Of a stretch of 64,000 bases of DNA, positions 9,063-18,517 are shown in pieces. The DNA lies in contig CBDHEC010000047.1 in the NCBI GenBank assembly GCA_965261975.1, positions 78,986 through 142,985 on the forward strand. Direction: 5' to 3'. The DNA is from Alphaproteobacteria bacterium (GTDB lineage: Bacteria > Pseudomonadota > Alphaproteobacteria > UBA6615). Under the pieces are notes generated by a model. It saw only the letters and a program-made list of their open reading frames with translations. It did no database searches and was not told the origin of the DNA. Both the position numbers and the translations under genes were made by a program. The first letter of the stretch is position 1. Each line of letters starts with the position of its first letter.

Positions 9063-10244
9063 ATGCGCGGAAAAGTAACGAAAACATCGGTGGAGAGGAT
9101 CAAACCAAGCACCCGAGACCAGTTTTTGTGGGACAGCGAGGTTAAAGGGTTCGGTACGAAAGTTACTCCGAAAGGCCGCCGGGTCTATCTCGTCCAGTAC
9201 TGGAAGGACGGGCGAACGCGTCGGGTAACGATCGGCGAGCATGGCATCTTCACGGCAGACGAAGCGCGAAGAAGAGCTGTTTCTCTCAAGGGAAGATTGG
9301 CCGATGGCCATGACCCCGCGCTGGAGAAACGCCACGCAAAGATGGCATCGGTTAGATCTCGTGTTTTCGATGATGTGATGAGGGAATTCATTGAACGAGA
9401 CCAGAAACCACGTAACAGGACCTGGAGGCAGGTTGAACGGCGATTGGAAAACCATGTGTTGCCGAGATGGTCAGGATTGGAGCTCGATCAGATATCTCGG
9501 CTACACGTTATTGATCTGCTCGACGCTCTTGACGGTGAGGGACTGAGCGGCGGAGCAAATCGGGTCCTTGCTGCTATTAGACGGTTGTTCAACTGGTCGG
9601 TCGAAGTAGGGATTATGGAAAACTCTCCTGCTGTGGGGGTGAAGCCGCGCCAAAGAGAGAAGGAACGCGAGCGAGTTCTTTCGAACGACGAAGTCCGATC
9701 GATCTTGCTCACAAGCCGGGATACAGGTGGGCCATTCGGTGCGTTCTTCCAGATCCTACTATTGACAGGTCAAAGGCGCTCGGAGGTCGCGAATATGACT
9801 TGGTCAGATCTCGACTTGGACGCCGCAGTTTGGAATTTGCCAGGGGATGCGACGAAGGCCGGTCGTACACACCAAGTGCCTCTATCTGATGACGCGCTGA
9901 GGATTCTGGCTTCCACGTCGCGTGGGAAGCGCGGTGACTATGTTTTGAGCACGACCGGCGGGAAATCCCCGATATCAGGGTTCTCGAAATCGAAGGCTAA
10001 ACTCGTAAGGGATTCAGCAGAACTTGAGGGCTCTGTCGGCCTGACAAATGACTGGCGCATTCACGATATTCGAAGAACCGTGGCGACGGGTTTGGCCGAA
10101 AAAGGAGTGCCGGTTCATACGATCTCGAGAATTCTGAACCATGCCGAAGGAGGTGTAACTCGTCTCTACGACCGGCATAGCTATCTCATGGAGAAGCGCG
10201 AGGCTTTAGATATCTGGTCTGAACATCTTCGTTCTCTATCCTAG
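9063..10244 (+). CDS. Tyrosine recombinase/integrase with N-terminal arm-binding domain (P4-like)
   Basis: LWDSEVKGFG..VTPKG arm domain; catalytic TGQRRSE, HDIRR, LNH, Y intact. Confidence 0.93.
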   Translation: MRGKVTKTSVERIKPSTRDQFLWDSEVKGFGTKVTPKGRRVYLVQYWKDGRTRRVTIGEHGIFTADEARRRAVSLKGRLADGHDPALEKRHAKMASVRSRVFDDVMREFIERDQKPRNRTWRQVERRLENHVLPRWSGLELDQISRLHVIDLLDALDGEGLSGGANRVLAAIRRLFNWSVEVGIMENSPAVGVKPRQREKERERVLSNDEVRSILLTSRDTGGPFGAFFQILLLTGQRRSEVANMTWSDLDLDAAVWNLPGDATKAGRTHQVPLSDDALRILASTSRGKRGDYVLSTTGGKSPISGFSKSKAKLVRDSAELEGSVGLTNDWRIHDIRRTVATGLAEKGVPVHTISRILNHAEGGVTRLYDRHSYLMEKREALDIWSEHLRSLS

Positions 10245-10392
10245 TCGTTTGTCTGTTCTTGAGAGACATGGGGACAATGAAATTTTGGGTCGTTGGGCTT
10301 CGTTCGAATCGGGTTGAGTGCACAATTGCTTGGACGCGGCTCCTGGTTTCCGGGTGCGCGCTTCCGACCACTCGTGAAGCTGAGACATCCAC

Positions 10393-11043
10393 ATGACGGG
10401 CCGCAGTGAATATCCTTCTGATTCGTTCTCCTTGGTGGACGCTTTTCGACAGTTTGCAGAGGAGGGCATGCTCGAATCATTCGATCGTGCGACCGCAGAA
10501 GTGAATGCTGCAGAACCAGTCGTCCGAATTGTCGATAGCTGGGTCTCTGGGCCTAAGCCTCGAGTTGATCAACAAAAACGCCGCGCAGCTTTAGCCAAAC
10601 GGAAGCGTATTTGGAGTCAACTGGAGAGATACATTCGGGATCAGCTGCAAACCGGAAATTTGGCCGCTGTTGGGCGCCGTCATATGCCCGACGGCCCGTT
10701 GGTGGATATCTCTGCTGACTGGAAATCTATGCGGCTCAACCCTTTAAATGAGACTGTTAGTTGGCGAGGTAAGCCTCTGTATTTCGGGGTTCGGATCAGG
10801 AGGCCCGAACTCTCCGCGCAAACGGTCACAGCCCGTAACGAGTTTGCAGCAGATCGGTGGCTTCGAGAGATCTGCGGCGACGAGGGTGCGGCGACAAGAA
10901 ACAAGGGCTTCTATATTGAGCAGATGATCGATTTCACCGGTGTCAGCAGGAAAGGAGCTGAGAGGGTTTGGAAAAAGGTGATGGGTGACTACCCGGATTT
11001 TATGAAGCCTGGTCCCAAGCCACTTGATCGACGTACGAATTAA
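10393..11043 (+). CDS. Hypothetical protein of the element core
   Basis: 216-aa ORF between int and xis-like gene; no recognised family. Confidence 0.6.
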   Translation: MTGRSEYPSDSFSLVDAFRQFAEEGMLESFDRATAEVNAAEPVVRIVDSWVSGPKPRVDQQKRRAALAKRKRIWSQLERYIRDQLQTGNLAAVGRRHMPDGPLVDISADWKSMRLNPLNETVSWRGKPLYFGVRIRRPELSAQTVTARNEFAADRWLREICGDEGAATRNKGFYIEQMIDFTGVSRKGAERVWKKVMGDYPDFMKPGPKPLDRRTN

Positions 11044-11134
11044 TTCCGGCCCCCCAACTAGTTCGGTACCCCTATAACGCAAGGTAAGGTTCAGTGAACA
11101 TCCGCTTCCACCTACAAACACGGAGGAGCGGACA

Positions 11135-11491
11135 GTGGACCCAACTACGGAAACCTCGCATCGTCAAAGTGCTGACGAAGAGCCCTCCGGTCGGCCGATA
11201 CCAGAGCTAGAGGGCGCCCTCCTTACTACAGCTGAATCTGCTTACCTCTTGGGCTTATCGAAACGAAGCCTTGAAGCGCTGCGAGTTCGCGGTGGTGGGC
11301 CAGTGTTTGTTGTTCTGGGACGAAGAGCGGTCAGGTACAGGCGATCAGATATCGTCGCGTGGGTTGATGAACGCAGATACTCAAGCACCAGTGATATTCG
11401 AGCTAAGAGACCGGTGCCTCAGAGCTCGTTCGATCAGACGAAATCTCATTGCGGAGGTCGTTCGTCCGTCGGCCGCTTGGGCGTGAGCTAA
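11135..11491 (+). CDS. HTH excisionase/AlpA-like protein
   Basis: LLTTAESAYLLGLSKRSLEALRVRGGGPVF..GRRAVRYRRSDIVAWV; RBS GGAGGAG. Confidence 0.8.
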   Translation: MDPTTETSHRQSADEEPSGRPIPELEGALLTTAESAYLLGLSKRSLEALRVRGGGPVFVVLGRRAVRYRRSDIVAWVDERRYSSTSDIRAKRPVPQSSFDQTKSHCGGRSSVGRLGVS

Positions 11492-12271
11492 ATGGCTCCG
11501 CGCAAGCCGGTGATTGGGAATTCTGAGCTCTACGGCGCCGGCGCGATTCTGCGACTAATGGGGTGTGCTGCTGCTGACAGTCGGCTGACCAATCACCAAC
11601 TCCGCGTGTTCAATACGGTGGTGAGTTTCTCTGACTTCGAAAGTGCGGAATGCTGGCCTTCTCTCTCCACTGTCGGAGATATTTTGGGGAGTCCGCGTCA
11701 ATCAGTGCAGCGATCAATGCGAAAGCTGGAGTCCTTAGGCTACGTATTTCGCCAGCGGCAACACCATCGTAATGGTGGTTACAAATCCAACCGCTATCAC
11801 CCGAACACCTCGCTTGCGAATGTTCATGGGAGGGTAGTGGTTCCGATCGGGATCGATGGTTTCAGCTTCGGTAGTGCGTCCTACCCCATGCCGCCGGCAG
11901 TCGATGCAGGGGTTGCACCCAATGAGGGAGGCAAGGGAGGCACCCTCCAGGGGGATGCACAAAGAGAACATTTAAGAAATCAGAAGAAGCTTCCGACTAT
12001 CCCCGATGCCGTATCTTCCAAAGACGAATTTCTGATCGAAAAACAGAAGGCAAAAGAGCTGTGGTTGTCGATCGAGAGCGATCTCAGATTAAGTTTAGGC
12101 GACAGTGACTTTAACACTTGGCTGAGTTCGGAGTTGGTCGAGCCCGTTTTCTATGACGGTCAGTGCTTGGTGTTGAAGGCAGTAAACCATTTCACCAAGA
12201 AGTGGATCGTCGAAAATCACCTGGCCGCTATCGAAGAGAACCTCGATTGCGAGGTGAGTGTTCGCGTATAG
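11492..12271 (+). CDS. Replication-initiator-like protein: N-terminal winged HTH (HTH_36-like) plus C-terminal DnaA N-terminal-like domain
   Basis: CWPSLSTVGDILG..RQSVQRSMRKLESLGY..SNRY; C-term W..I...LR..LG..DFNTWL....LVL.A.NHF...WI. Confidence 0.75.
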   Translation: MAPRKPVIGNSELYGAGAILRLMGCAAADSRLTNHQLRVFNTVVSFSDFESAECWPSLSTVGDILGSPRQSVQRSMRKLESLGYVFRQRQHHRNGGYKSNRYHPNTSLANVHGRVVVPIGIDGFSFGSASYPMPPAVDAGVAPNEGGKGGTLQGDAQREHLRNQKKLPTIPDAVSSKDEFLIEKQKAKELWLSIESDLRLSLGDSDFNTWLSSELVEPVFYDGQCLVLKAVNHFTKKWIVENHLAAIEENLDCEVSVRV

Positions 12272-12349
12272 ACCGCAATTGCTTGGCAAAAGCTGAACTG
12301 AGCTGCTCAGCTAAACTGGAACTACTGAGGGGTCGTCGGGTTGGTTAGC

Positions 12350-12397
12350 GGGTCCTTCCTGGAGATCGCTCTACCACGGGTTACGCAGCACCGCGGT
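12350..12397 (+). other. Lambda-like cos site (cosQ GGGTCCT plus cosN-like dyad)
   Basis: CGGGTCCTTCCTGGAGATC resembles the lambda right end CGGGTCCTTTCCGGTGATC; 23 nt after GGGTCCT comes GTTACGCAGCAC-CGCGG, flanked by ACCACGG/CCGCGGT. Confidence 0.55.
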
Positions 12398-12705
12398 GAG
12401 CCGGAGTTTTTGCGACGCATGATCACCGTAGAACTTCATTCTCTATTATGCTTAAGCGACAACACAGCCGAATATCTCCAATCCGCGATAAACCCTCATT
12501 ATCAGAGATCAAGTCTTCGCTAACGAGCGAGTTCGGTGTTGAACCGCAGTCGAATTCCCCGCTTCCTCGTCATGTGCGGAATTCAGAGCGTTCAACCTCA
12601 AACTCATGACGGCCCAGTTCTGACTTTTCACCAGTATGTGAGCGGCTCCAACCGTGATGCTGGCCTATAGTTCGCTTCGAATATCCCCACTATTCCGAGG
12701 TTTGC

Positions 12706-13332
12706 GTGTCGATTAGAACAGGATCTTCTTTCCGGACAGTGTTTCGCTTTTTCTTGGGGCTCATATGTTTGGTGCTCATCCTTACCGCGGCACCAGAAGC
12801 GGTCGCTGACGAGTTCCTCGAAGGTCAAATAGCCGCGCACGATGGTAATCATGAGGCCGCGTTGCGCGCCTGGTTACCGCTCGCCCGTGACGGGCATGTC
12901 AAAGCGCAATACGCCGTCGGTTCGCTCTTCGCCGAAGGCCGGGGAACGACGCAGGATCTGAGCACGGCATTCGATTGGTGGTTGCAGGCCGCAACGCAGT
13001 CGCACGTGCGGGCTCAGTTCAATGTCGCCGCCATGTACAAGAATGGGGTGGGGGTTGGTCAGAACGAGGTGGAGGCTGCGCGGTGGATTTCTGCGGCGGC
13101 AAACCTGGGCGATCGTGACTCGCAGGTTCAGCTCAGCCAATTCTATCGAGATGGTTTTGGCGTTGGCCAGAATCCCGTCACGGCATACATGTGGCTCGAG
13201 ATTGCGCGACTCGGTGGTCATCCTTCGATCGCGAAAGCGTTGAAGGCGAGCGCTTCTCTGTTGTCGGAAGAGCAGATCATCGAGGCTCAGAAACGCGCGG
13301 TGTCATGGCTCGAGCGCAAGAGCGTCGACTAG
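12706..13332 (+). CDS. Sel1/TPR repeat exported protein
   Basis: Signal peptide; repeated AQ..VG..Y..G.G..Q...A..W...AA units. Confidence 0.85.
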   Translation: MSIRTGSSFRTVFRFFLGLICLVLILTAAPEAVADEFLEGQIAAHDGNHEAALRAWLPLARDGHVKAQYAVGSLFAEGRGTTQDLSTAFDWWLQAATQSHVRAQFNVAAMYKNGVGVGQNEVEAARWISAAANLGDRDSQVQLSQFYRDGFGVGQNPVTAYMWLEIARLGGHPSIAKALKASASLLSEEQIIEAQKRAVSWLERKSVD

Positions 13333-13515
13333 ATCGTTTTTGCCGGTCACAGCCATGGGCGCTGCATTTGTCCGTCTGACTCTCTGCTTCAACAATTTTC
13401 AATGAACATGGTCGGCGAAGCCATTCGTTCCTGCTTCGCAAGTGCGGTGCGGCGCATCCGCCCTTGATGATATATCGAGATCAGGTGTCCCTAGGCCGGA
13501 GCGAAAATTTGCGTA
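13275..13515 (+). repeat. 241-bp direct repeat, copy 1 (sel1 3' end plus amiC leader)
   Basis: About 11 mismatches versus 16464-16704 by manual count. Confidence 0.92.
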
Positions 13516-13825
13516 CTTTGAGCACAGATAGACCTCAAAGAATTGATCTAACTTTTGAGCAGAGGGGAATCAGAGCACAAGGTCAAATGGGTCACTTGGT
13601 GCAAAACTCTAATTTTACCCTCAGAATGAATTCTGCAGATCTCACTTCGGGGCAATGCGCCACGGCTGTCACGGTAAGTGCCCGTGGAAGAGAGTGGGCC
13701 GAATTCTGGAGGAAGAGGTGCAGCACGGCACAGTTTGACGCGTTCTGTTTAGTTGTTGATCGATCACAACGTCAGGGCAAGCCCATGATCAATTGGCATC
13801 CGAGCGAGTGCGGATGGGGAGTGGC

Positions 13826-14983
13826 TTAAAACACGATCAGAAGGCTGGTCGCGTACATGATCACGACGCCACCGGCGAAGCCCGCCAACCCAATAGACCA
13901 TGACGTATCGGCGGGATGCTTGGAGTTCAACTTGAGCATGTATCGGCCAATCTCCACGATGACCTGCAGGATGGCGCCGGCGCCGATGCTGAGCAGCAGC
14001 GCGGTCCAGTGCGGTGCGGTGGCGAAGGCGCCAGCCCACGTGCCGAGGATCGCCGGCGCTCCAGCGAGCGTAGTAAGTCCTACGAACAGCCGAAATCGCG
14101 GCTTTAAGCCGACCAGTAACACTGCGATGCAGATGCCCTCAGTTATGTTGTGCAGCGTGAAGCCTGCTATGAGGAACGAGCCTAGTGCCGCCTCGCCAGC
14201 CGTGAATGCCGCGCCAATGGCGAGCCCTTCGCCGAAATTGTGTAACCCGATCCCTGCTGCGATGAAGGTCGCCAGTGCGTCCTTTTCTGGTGCACTGCCA
14301 CTGCGATTGCTGGCGACCAAGAGCGTGGCCAAGCTCGCGAGTGTCGCAAGCCAGACGAGCTGCAGGCTGCGCAGACCCGGTGCGGCGCGGTTGGCGAGTT
14401 CGAGCGCTTCGTTGAGTGTGTCGATCAGCAGGAATGCGAGCAGACCGACCGTCAGGGAGAGCAGGAAGGTCATGCCCGTCTGGCCGAATCGTTGCAGCAG
14501 CGGAAAGAACATCATGCCGAGTGCTACCGGCAGGACACCCACGAACACACCTAGCAGTCCGAAGTTCGCCAACTGGGCAAGCCCGAATACCGGCGTCGAC
14601 CGGGATACTTCGATCACGTGATCAAAGGTCAGTCCCGACCGGGTGACGAGTGTTATCCGATGCGTTTCGTTTTCTATCCAGGGGTAGGGAATGCGAATCT
14701 TCGCCTTACCGAGATTGTCGACCGGTTTGGGCGGTTCTTGCTTGAACCGCCAATAAGCGCCATCGACCTGTATCTGGGCAATCTCGACCGGCATCGGCCC
14801 CATGGCACGAACCTCTAGGGTAACACCGCGATCATCGAGGATAGTGCGTTCAACCGTTAGATGCTCCGATGGCGGCGCATTGGATTCGAGCGGTGCTAAC
14901 GGGTTCGTGAACACGAACGCGACCAGTATCAGCCCGAGAAGCGACAGTGGTGCGATCGCGTATATTGCCTTGCGGCTCATCAC
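13826..14983 (-). CDS. ZIP family metal transporter with N-terminal periplasmic domain
   Basis: GIGLHNFGEGLAIG and LHNITEG ZIP signatures. Confidence 0.85.
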   Translation of the reverse strand: MMSRKAIYAIAPLSLLGLILVAFVFTNPLAPLESNAPPSEHLTVERTILDDRGVTLEVRAMGPMPVEIAQIQVDGAYWRFKQEPPKPVDNLGKAKIRIPYPWIENETHRITLVTRSGLTFDHVIEVSRSTPVFGLAQLANFGLLGVFVGVLPVALGMMFFPLLQRFGQTGMTFLLSLTVGLLAFLLIDTLNEALELANRAAPGLRSLQLVWLATLASLATLLVASNRSGSAPEKDALATFIAAGIGLHNFGEGLAIGAAFTAGEAALGSFLIAGFTLHNITEGICIAVLLVGLKPRFRLFVGLTTLAGAPAILGTWAGAFATAPHWTALLLSIGAGAILQVIVEIGRYMLKLNSKHPADTSWSIGLAGFAGGVVIMYATSLLIVF

Positions 14984-16068
14984 GCCACCTCGAAGAAGCC
15001 CATCCAGCCGAGCTCTGCAAACTCGCTCTGATGAGCATGAAACATGTACATGCCGGGCTCGTGATCGGCGAACGTGAACTCAAGAATGCCGCGCTGTCCC
15101 TGGCACTGCATTACGGTGTCGATCGTGCGCGATGTGGGCTCAAGTGTCGTGCCGGCATCGTAGTAATCAAAGAAGTTTGCGTGCAAATGGAACGAGTTAA
15201 TCGGGTCGAACTCGGTCACATTGACGAGATAAATACGTACCGGACGCGTGCGGTCGATCCGGATTGGTTGTTTCGAGAAGGCATGCGCGATCGAGTTGAC
15301 GGCGTAGACCTCGTTCTCATCGTCGAAATTCGTATCGAAGCCATTCATGACCATCACGAATTCCTGCCAAGCTGCATTTTCTGATGCGCCTAGCCTGCGG
15401 CTCCGAGCCACTTCAGCTTCTTCCGGGTGCCGTGCCGGATCAGGATCGACGATGAAGGCGCCATAGAGCCCTTTGTGAATGTGTCGTTTTAGCGGCACGG
15501 AGTGGCAGTGGTAGAGATGACAGCCGAACGGGAATGCGTCGAACTCGTAGACGAAGTTTTCGCCGGGATAGATCTCGCCAGCGCCTGGAATTCCGTCCAT
15601 GCGCGCGCTGTGGATTCCGTGAAAATGCATCGTGTGCGGGTGGCTACCGGCATTGCTGAATCTGATCCGTATACGATCGCCTTCGCCAACCCGCAATGTC
15701 GGCCCCGGCACTCGGCCATTATATGTCCAGGCGGGGAAGAACACGCGCGGCGCGATCTCGATCTCCCGATCGATGGCGACCACGTCGAACTCGCGCAGGG
15801 TTCTTCCGTCAGGAAGTGTCGATGCCTTGCCTTCGTCCCAGTCCGTCAGCATCGCAGTCGGATCGAAGCCGTTGCGGTCGTGACCGACCTGACCGACAGT
15901 CGTCATGACACCTTCGTGGTTCCGATTATTCTGATTACGCTCGATTGTGCCAGCACCTTCGGCGTGACGTCCGAAGAACAGCCCAATGCTGCCAAAAACA
16001 CTACCGCCCAATAGGCGGCGTCTGTTCATCAGAAAATTTAGCGACCGCGGCATGTTTCCTCTGGCCAT
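14980..16068 (-). CDS. Two-domain multicopper oxidase, Tat-exported
   Basis: NRRRLL Tat motif; HPHTMHFHG, YHCH..HIHKGL, FHLH, FHAH. Confidence 0.88.
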   Translation of the reverse strand: MARGNMPRSLNFLMNRRRLLGGSVFGSIGLFFGRHAEGAGTIERNQNNRNHEGVMTTVGQVGHDRNGFDPTAMLTDWDEGKASTLPDGRTLREFDVVAIDREIEIAPRVFFPAWTYNGRVPGPTLRVGEGDRIRIRFSNAGSHPHTMHFHGIHSARMDGIPGAGEIYPGENFVYEFDAFPFGCHLYHCHSVPLKRHIHKGLYGAFIVDPDPARHPEEAEVARSRRLGASENAAWQEFVMVMNGFDTNFDDENEVYAVNSIAHAFSKQPIRIDRTRPVRIYLVNVTEFDPINSFHLHANFFDYYDAGTTLEPTSRTIDTVMQCQGQRGILEFTFADHEPGMYMFHAHQSEFAELGWMGFFEVA

Positions 16069-16102
16069 CGTGGGAGCATCGTCCTGATATGTATATGCTA
16101 AA

Positions 16103-16124
16103 AAAATTAGCTAAGGCTACATTC
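16103..16124. promoter_or_regulatory. MntR/DtxR-type operator AAATTAGC-TAAG-GCTACATT
   Basis: TAGC-N4-GCTA dyad in AT-rich context just upstream of the MCO start. Confidence 0.55.
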
Positions 16125-16433
16125 TTAGTGTGGAGAAATCGAAAGCGCTGGGCATCGCCAAGTGAACATCCTTGGCGAAAGCCATGAGATTTGGGCGGCG
16201 ATTTATGCTCTTCCGGAACCGTTCACTTTCAGGGTTCTGTTCGTTCCGCGGGATCACTAGCCAACGGAACTTGCCTTGTGCGCATCGCCTGGCTCCGGAC
16301 GGTCAGGCCTCTCTCCGTGATGCCGATTCGTCCGCTGCGCGCGGCTGTATTTGCAATCTCCATAGGGAGAAGAACAATGGCTGAAAAGCTCACGACGAGA
16401 CTGCTGTCTGGTTTATGCCGGCCCCTTGGGTCA

Positions 16434-16521
16434 GCGCCGCAAACCTGGGGATCGTGATTCGCGGATCATCGAGGCTCAGAAACGCGCGGTGTCATGGCTC
16501 GAGCGTAAGAGCGCCGACTAG
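16434..16521 (+). pseudogene. Relic of a second sel1 gene copy with a 150-bp internal deletion
   Basis: 16439-16463 matches 13099-13125, then jumps to 13275 via GCAG microhomology. Confidence 0.7.
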
Positions 16522-16704
16522 ATCGTTTTTGCCGGTCACAGCCATGGGCGCTGCATTTGTCCGTCTGACTCTCTGCTTCAACAATTTTCAATGAACATGG
16601 TCGGCGATGCCATTCGTTCCTGATCCGCAAGTGCGTTGCGGCGCATCCACCCTTGCAGATATACCAAGATCAGGTGTCCCTAGGCCGGAGCGAAAATTTG
16701 CGTA
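16464..16704 (+). repeat. 241-bp direct repeat, copy 2
   Basis: Matches 13275-13515; ends at the A of the amiC ATG. Confidence 0.92.
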
Positions 16705-17909
16705 TGCAATGGAATTCTTCGCTGGTGACGACTTGGTTCGTCGTTGCGTTCCTGGCGGCGAGCGCGTTGCAACCAGGGATCGCTGATACGCTGCAGGTTG
16801 AAGACATCAGAATCGGTTCCGATGGGCGGACCACGCGGTTTGTCGTTGAATTGAACGATCGTGTTGAACCCAACGTGTTCGGGCTTCCCGATCCGTATCG
16901 TCTTGTGATTGACCTGCCAGAAGTTGGCTTCGATCTGGCTGAAGATCGGATGGGTAGGGGCGGCGGGATTATAACCAACATTCGTTACGGCCAGTTCCGG
17001 CCCGGAACGAGCCGCATCGTTCTCGATTTGGGTTCGCCGGCTAAAGTCCAAAAGCAATTCGTGCTCGGTCCGGACGGAAACAAACCGTGGCGATTGGTGT
17101 TCGACTTGCAGCAAGCAACGCGCGACGAATTCGTGACCTTGTTGCGCCCGAATGTTGCTGCGACACGACCGGCCGAACGCCAAGCATCAAACCCTGTCCC
17201 GCACGTCCCCAAGCAGCTCGCCAGAATCGTGATCGACCCCGGCCACGGAGGCGTCGATCCGGGGGCCATCGGAACATCAGGCGTCTACGAGAAGGACATT
17301 GCGCTCCGCTACTCTCATGCTGTCGCGCAGGAGCTACGAAACACCGGCAGGTTCGAGGTGAAGCTAACGCGTGATGAAGACGTTTTTTTACCGCTCCGGG
17401 ACCGCGTGCGACAGGCAAGGAGTTTGGGAGCCGACCTGTTCTTGTCCTTTCACGCCAATTCGCATCGTAACCGCTCTATACAGGGAGTTTCGGTTTTCAC
17501 TCTTTCAAACCGTGCATCCGATAAGGATGCGGCTGCGATGGCGGCACGCGAGAACAGATCTGACGCGATAAGCGGTGTGGATTTGGGTGATTACAGTGAC
17601 GAAGTGCAGGATATTCTCATAGATTTTGCCAGAACAAAGACCAACGAACTCTCCGTCCGCTTCGCGAGAGATATCCTCGTCGACAGGATCAAGCCGGATG
17701 CAGAACTTCTGCCACGACCCTGGAGGTCAGCCGGCTTCGCAGTTCTCAAAGCGCCCGATGTACCTTCTGTCCTGGTCGAACTGGGATATATTTCGAATCC
17801 AAAGGAAGAACGTCTTCTGAACTCGTCCGCGTACCGCGCAACATTGTCGCGAGCGATAAAAGAGGCGGTTGTCGAATACTTCTCCAGCACGCAGAGTTCC
17901 ACACTTTAG
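16704..17909 (+). CDS. amiC: N-acetylmuramoyl-L-alanine amidase with AMIN domain (AmiC-like)
   Basis: TRFVVEL/PYRLVIDLP AMIN; IDPGHGGVDPGA, SFHAN, AVLKAPDVPSVLVELGYISN. Confidence 0.9.
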   Translation: MQWNSSLVTTWFVVAFLAASALQPGIADTLQVEDIRIGSDGRTTRFVVELNDRVEPNVFGLPDPYRLVIDLPEVGFDLAEDRMGRGGGIITNIRYGQFRPGTSRIVLDLGSPAKVQKQFVLGPDGNKPWRLVFDLQQATRDEFVTLLRPNVAATRPAERQASNPVPHVPKQLARIVIDPGHGGVDPGAIGTSGVYEKDIALRYSHAVAQELRNTGRFEVKLTRDEDVFLPLRDRVRQARSLGADLFLSFHANSHRNRSIQGVSVFTLSNRASDKDAAAMAARENRSDAISGVDLGDYSDEVQDILIDFARTKTNELSVRFARDILVDRIKPDAELLPRPWRSAGFAVLKAPDVPSVLVELGYISNPKEERLLNSSAYRATLSRAIKEAVVEYFSSTQSSTL

Positions 17910-18010
17910 CTGGCCACAATCACATCTATGCCGCGTGCGTGAAGCGCGTACGTCGATGTCACATGCCGGTCCATCGACTATTTTCACTGCACTTGGAAAT
18001 AGAGAACCGC

Positions 18011-18517
18011 TCAGCTGCCGCTCTGTCGCAGACTGCCGAACAAAACGCCAACGACACCCAGAACAATCGCCGTATCGGCCAGGTTGAACGCGGGCCAATG
18101 GAGCGTGCCGAGGGAAAAGTCCAGAAAGTCTGTCACGGCGCCATCGTGAAGCCGGTCAATGAGATTGCTTGCCGCGCCACCTGTGATCGCTGCGACAGCC
18201 ATGGCTTCTCCGTGATGCCTGACCCGTCGCAGCCAGATCAAAAGAACCGCGATCATTACTCCAGCTGTGATCGACAGCAACGGCGGCCCCCAGGATCCCA
18301 GACCGCTGAGCATTCCGAAACTGATCCCTCGATTGAATCCGAGATTCAATCGAAAAAATGACGTGATCTCGATGGTTCGGGGTGGGTCCATAAGGGCCGT
18401 CGCCACTGTCCATTTCGTCGCCAAATCCACTGCCGCGATGAAAATGGCAATCAGCACAGCGATCCAAAACAGGCTTGGGGACCGCGCCGAGGTGCACTTG
18501 CTGCTGGCTTCAGTCAT
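18011..18517 (-). CDS. lspA: Lipoprotein signal peptidase II
   Basis: NRGISFG, GGAASNLIDR, VTDFLDF, WPAFNLAD. Confidence 0.9.
   Translation of the reverse strand: MTEASSKCTSARSPSLFWIAVLIAIFIAAVDLATKWTVATALMDPPRTIEITSFFRLNLGFNRGISFGMLSGLGSWGPPLLSITAGVMIAVLLIWLRRVRHHGEAMAVAAITGGAASNLIDRLHDGAVTDFLDFSLGTLHWPAFNLADTAIVLGVVGVLFGSLRQSGS

Noticed and set aside
13464-13829. 121-aa ORF sharing its N-terminus with the extended amiC ORF
   Set aside because: The shared residues are just the translated repeat; the rest has no protein-like features.
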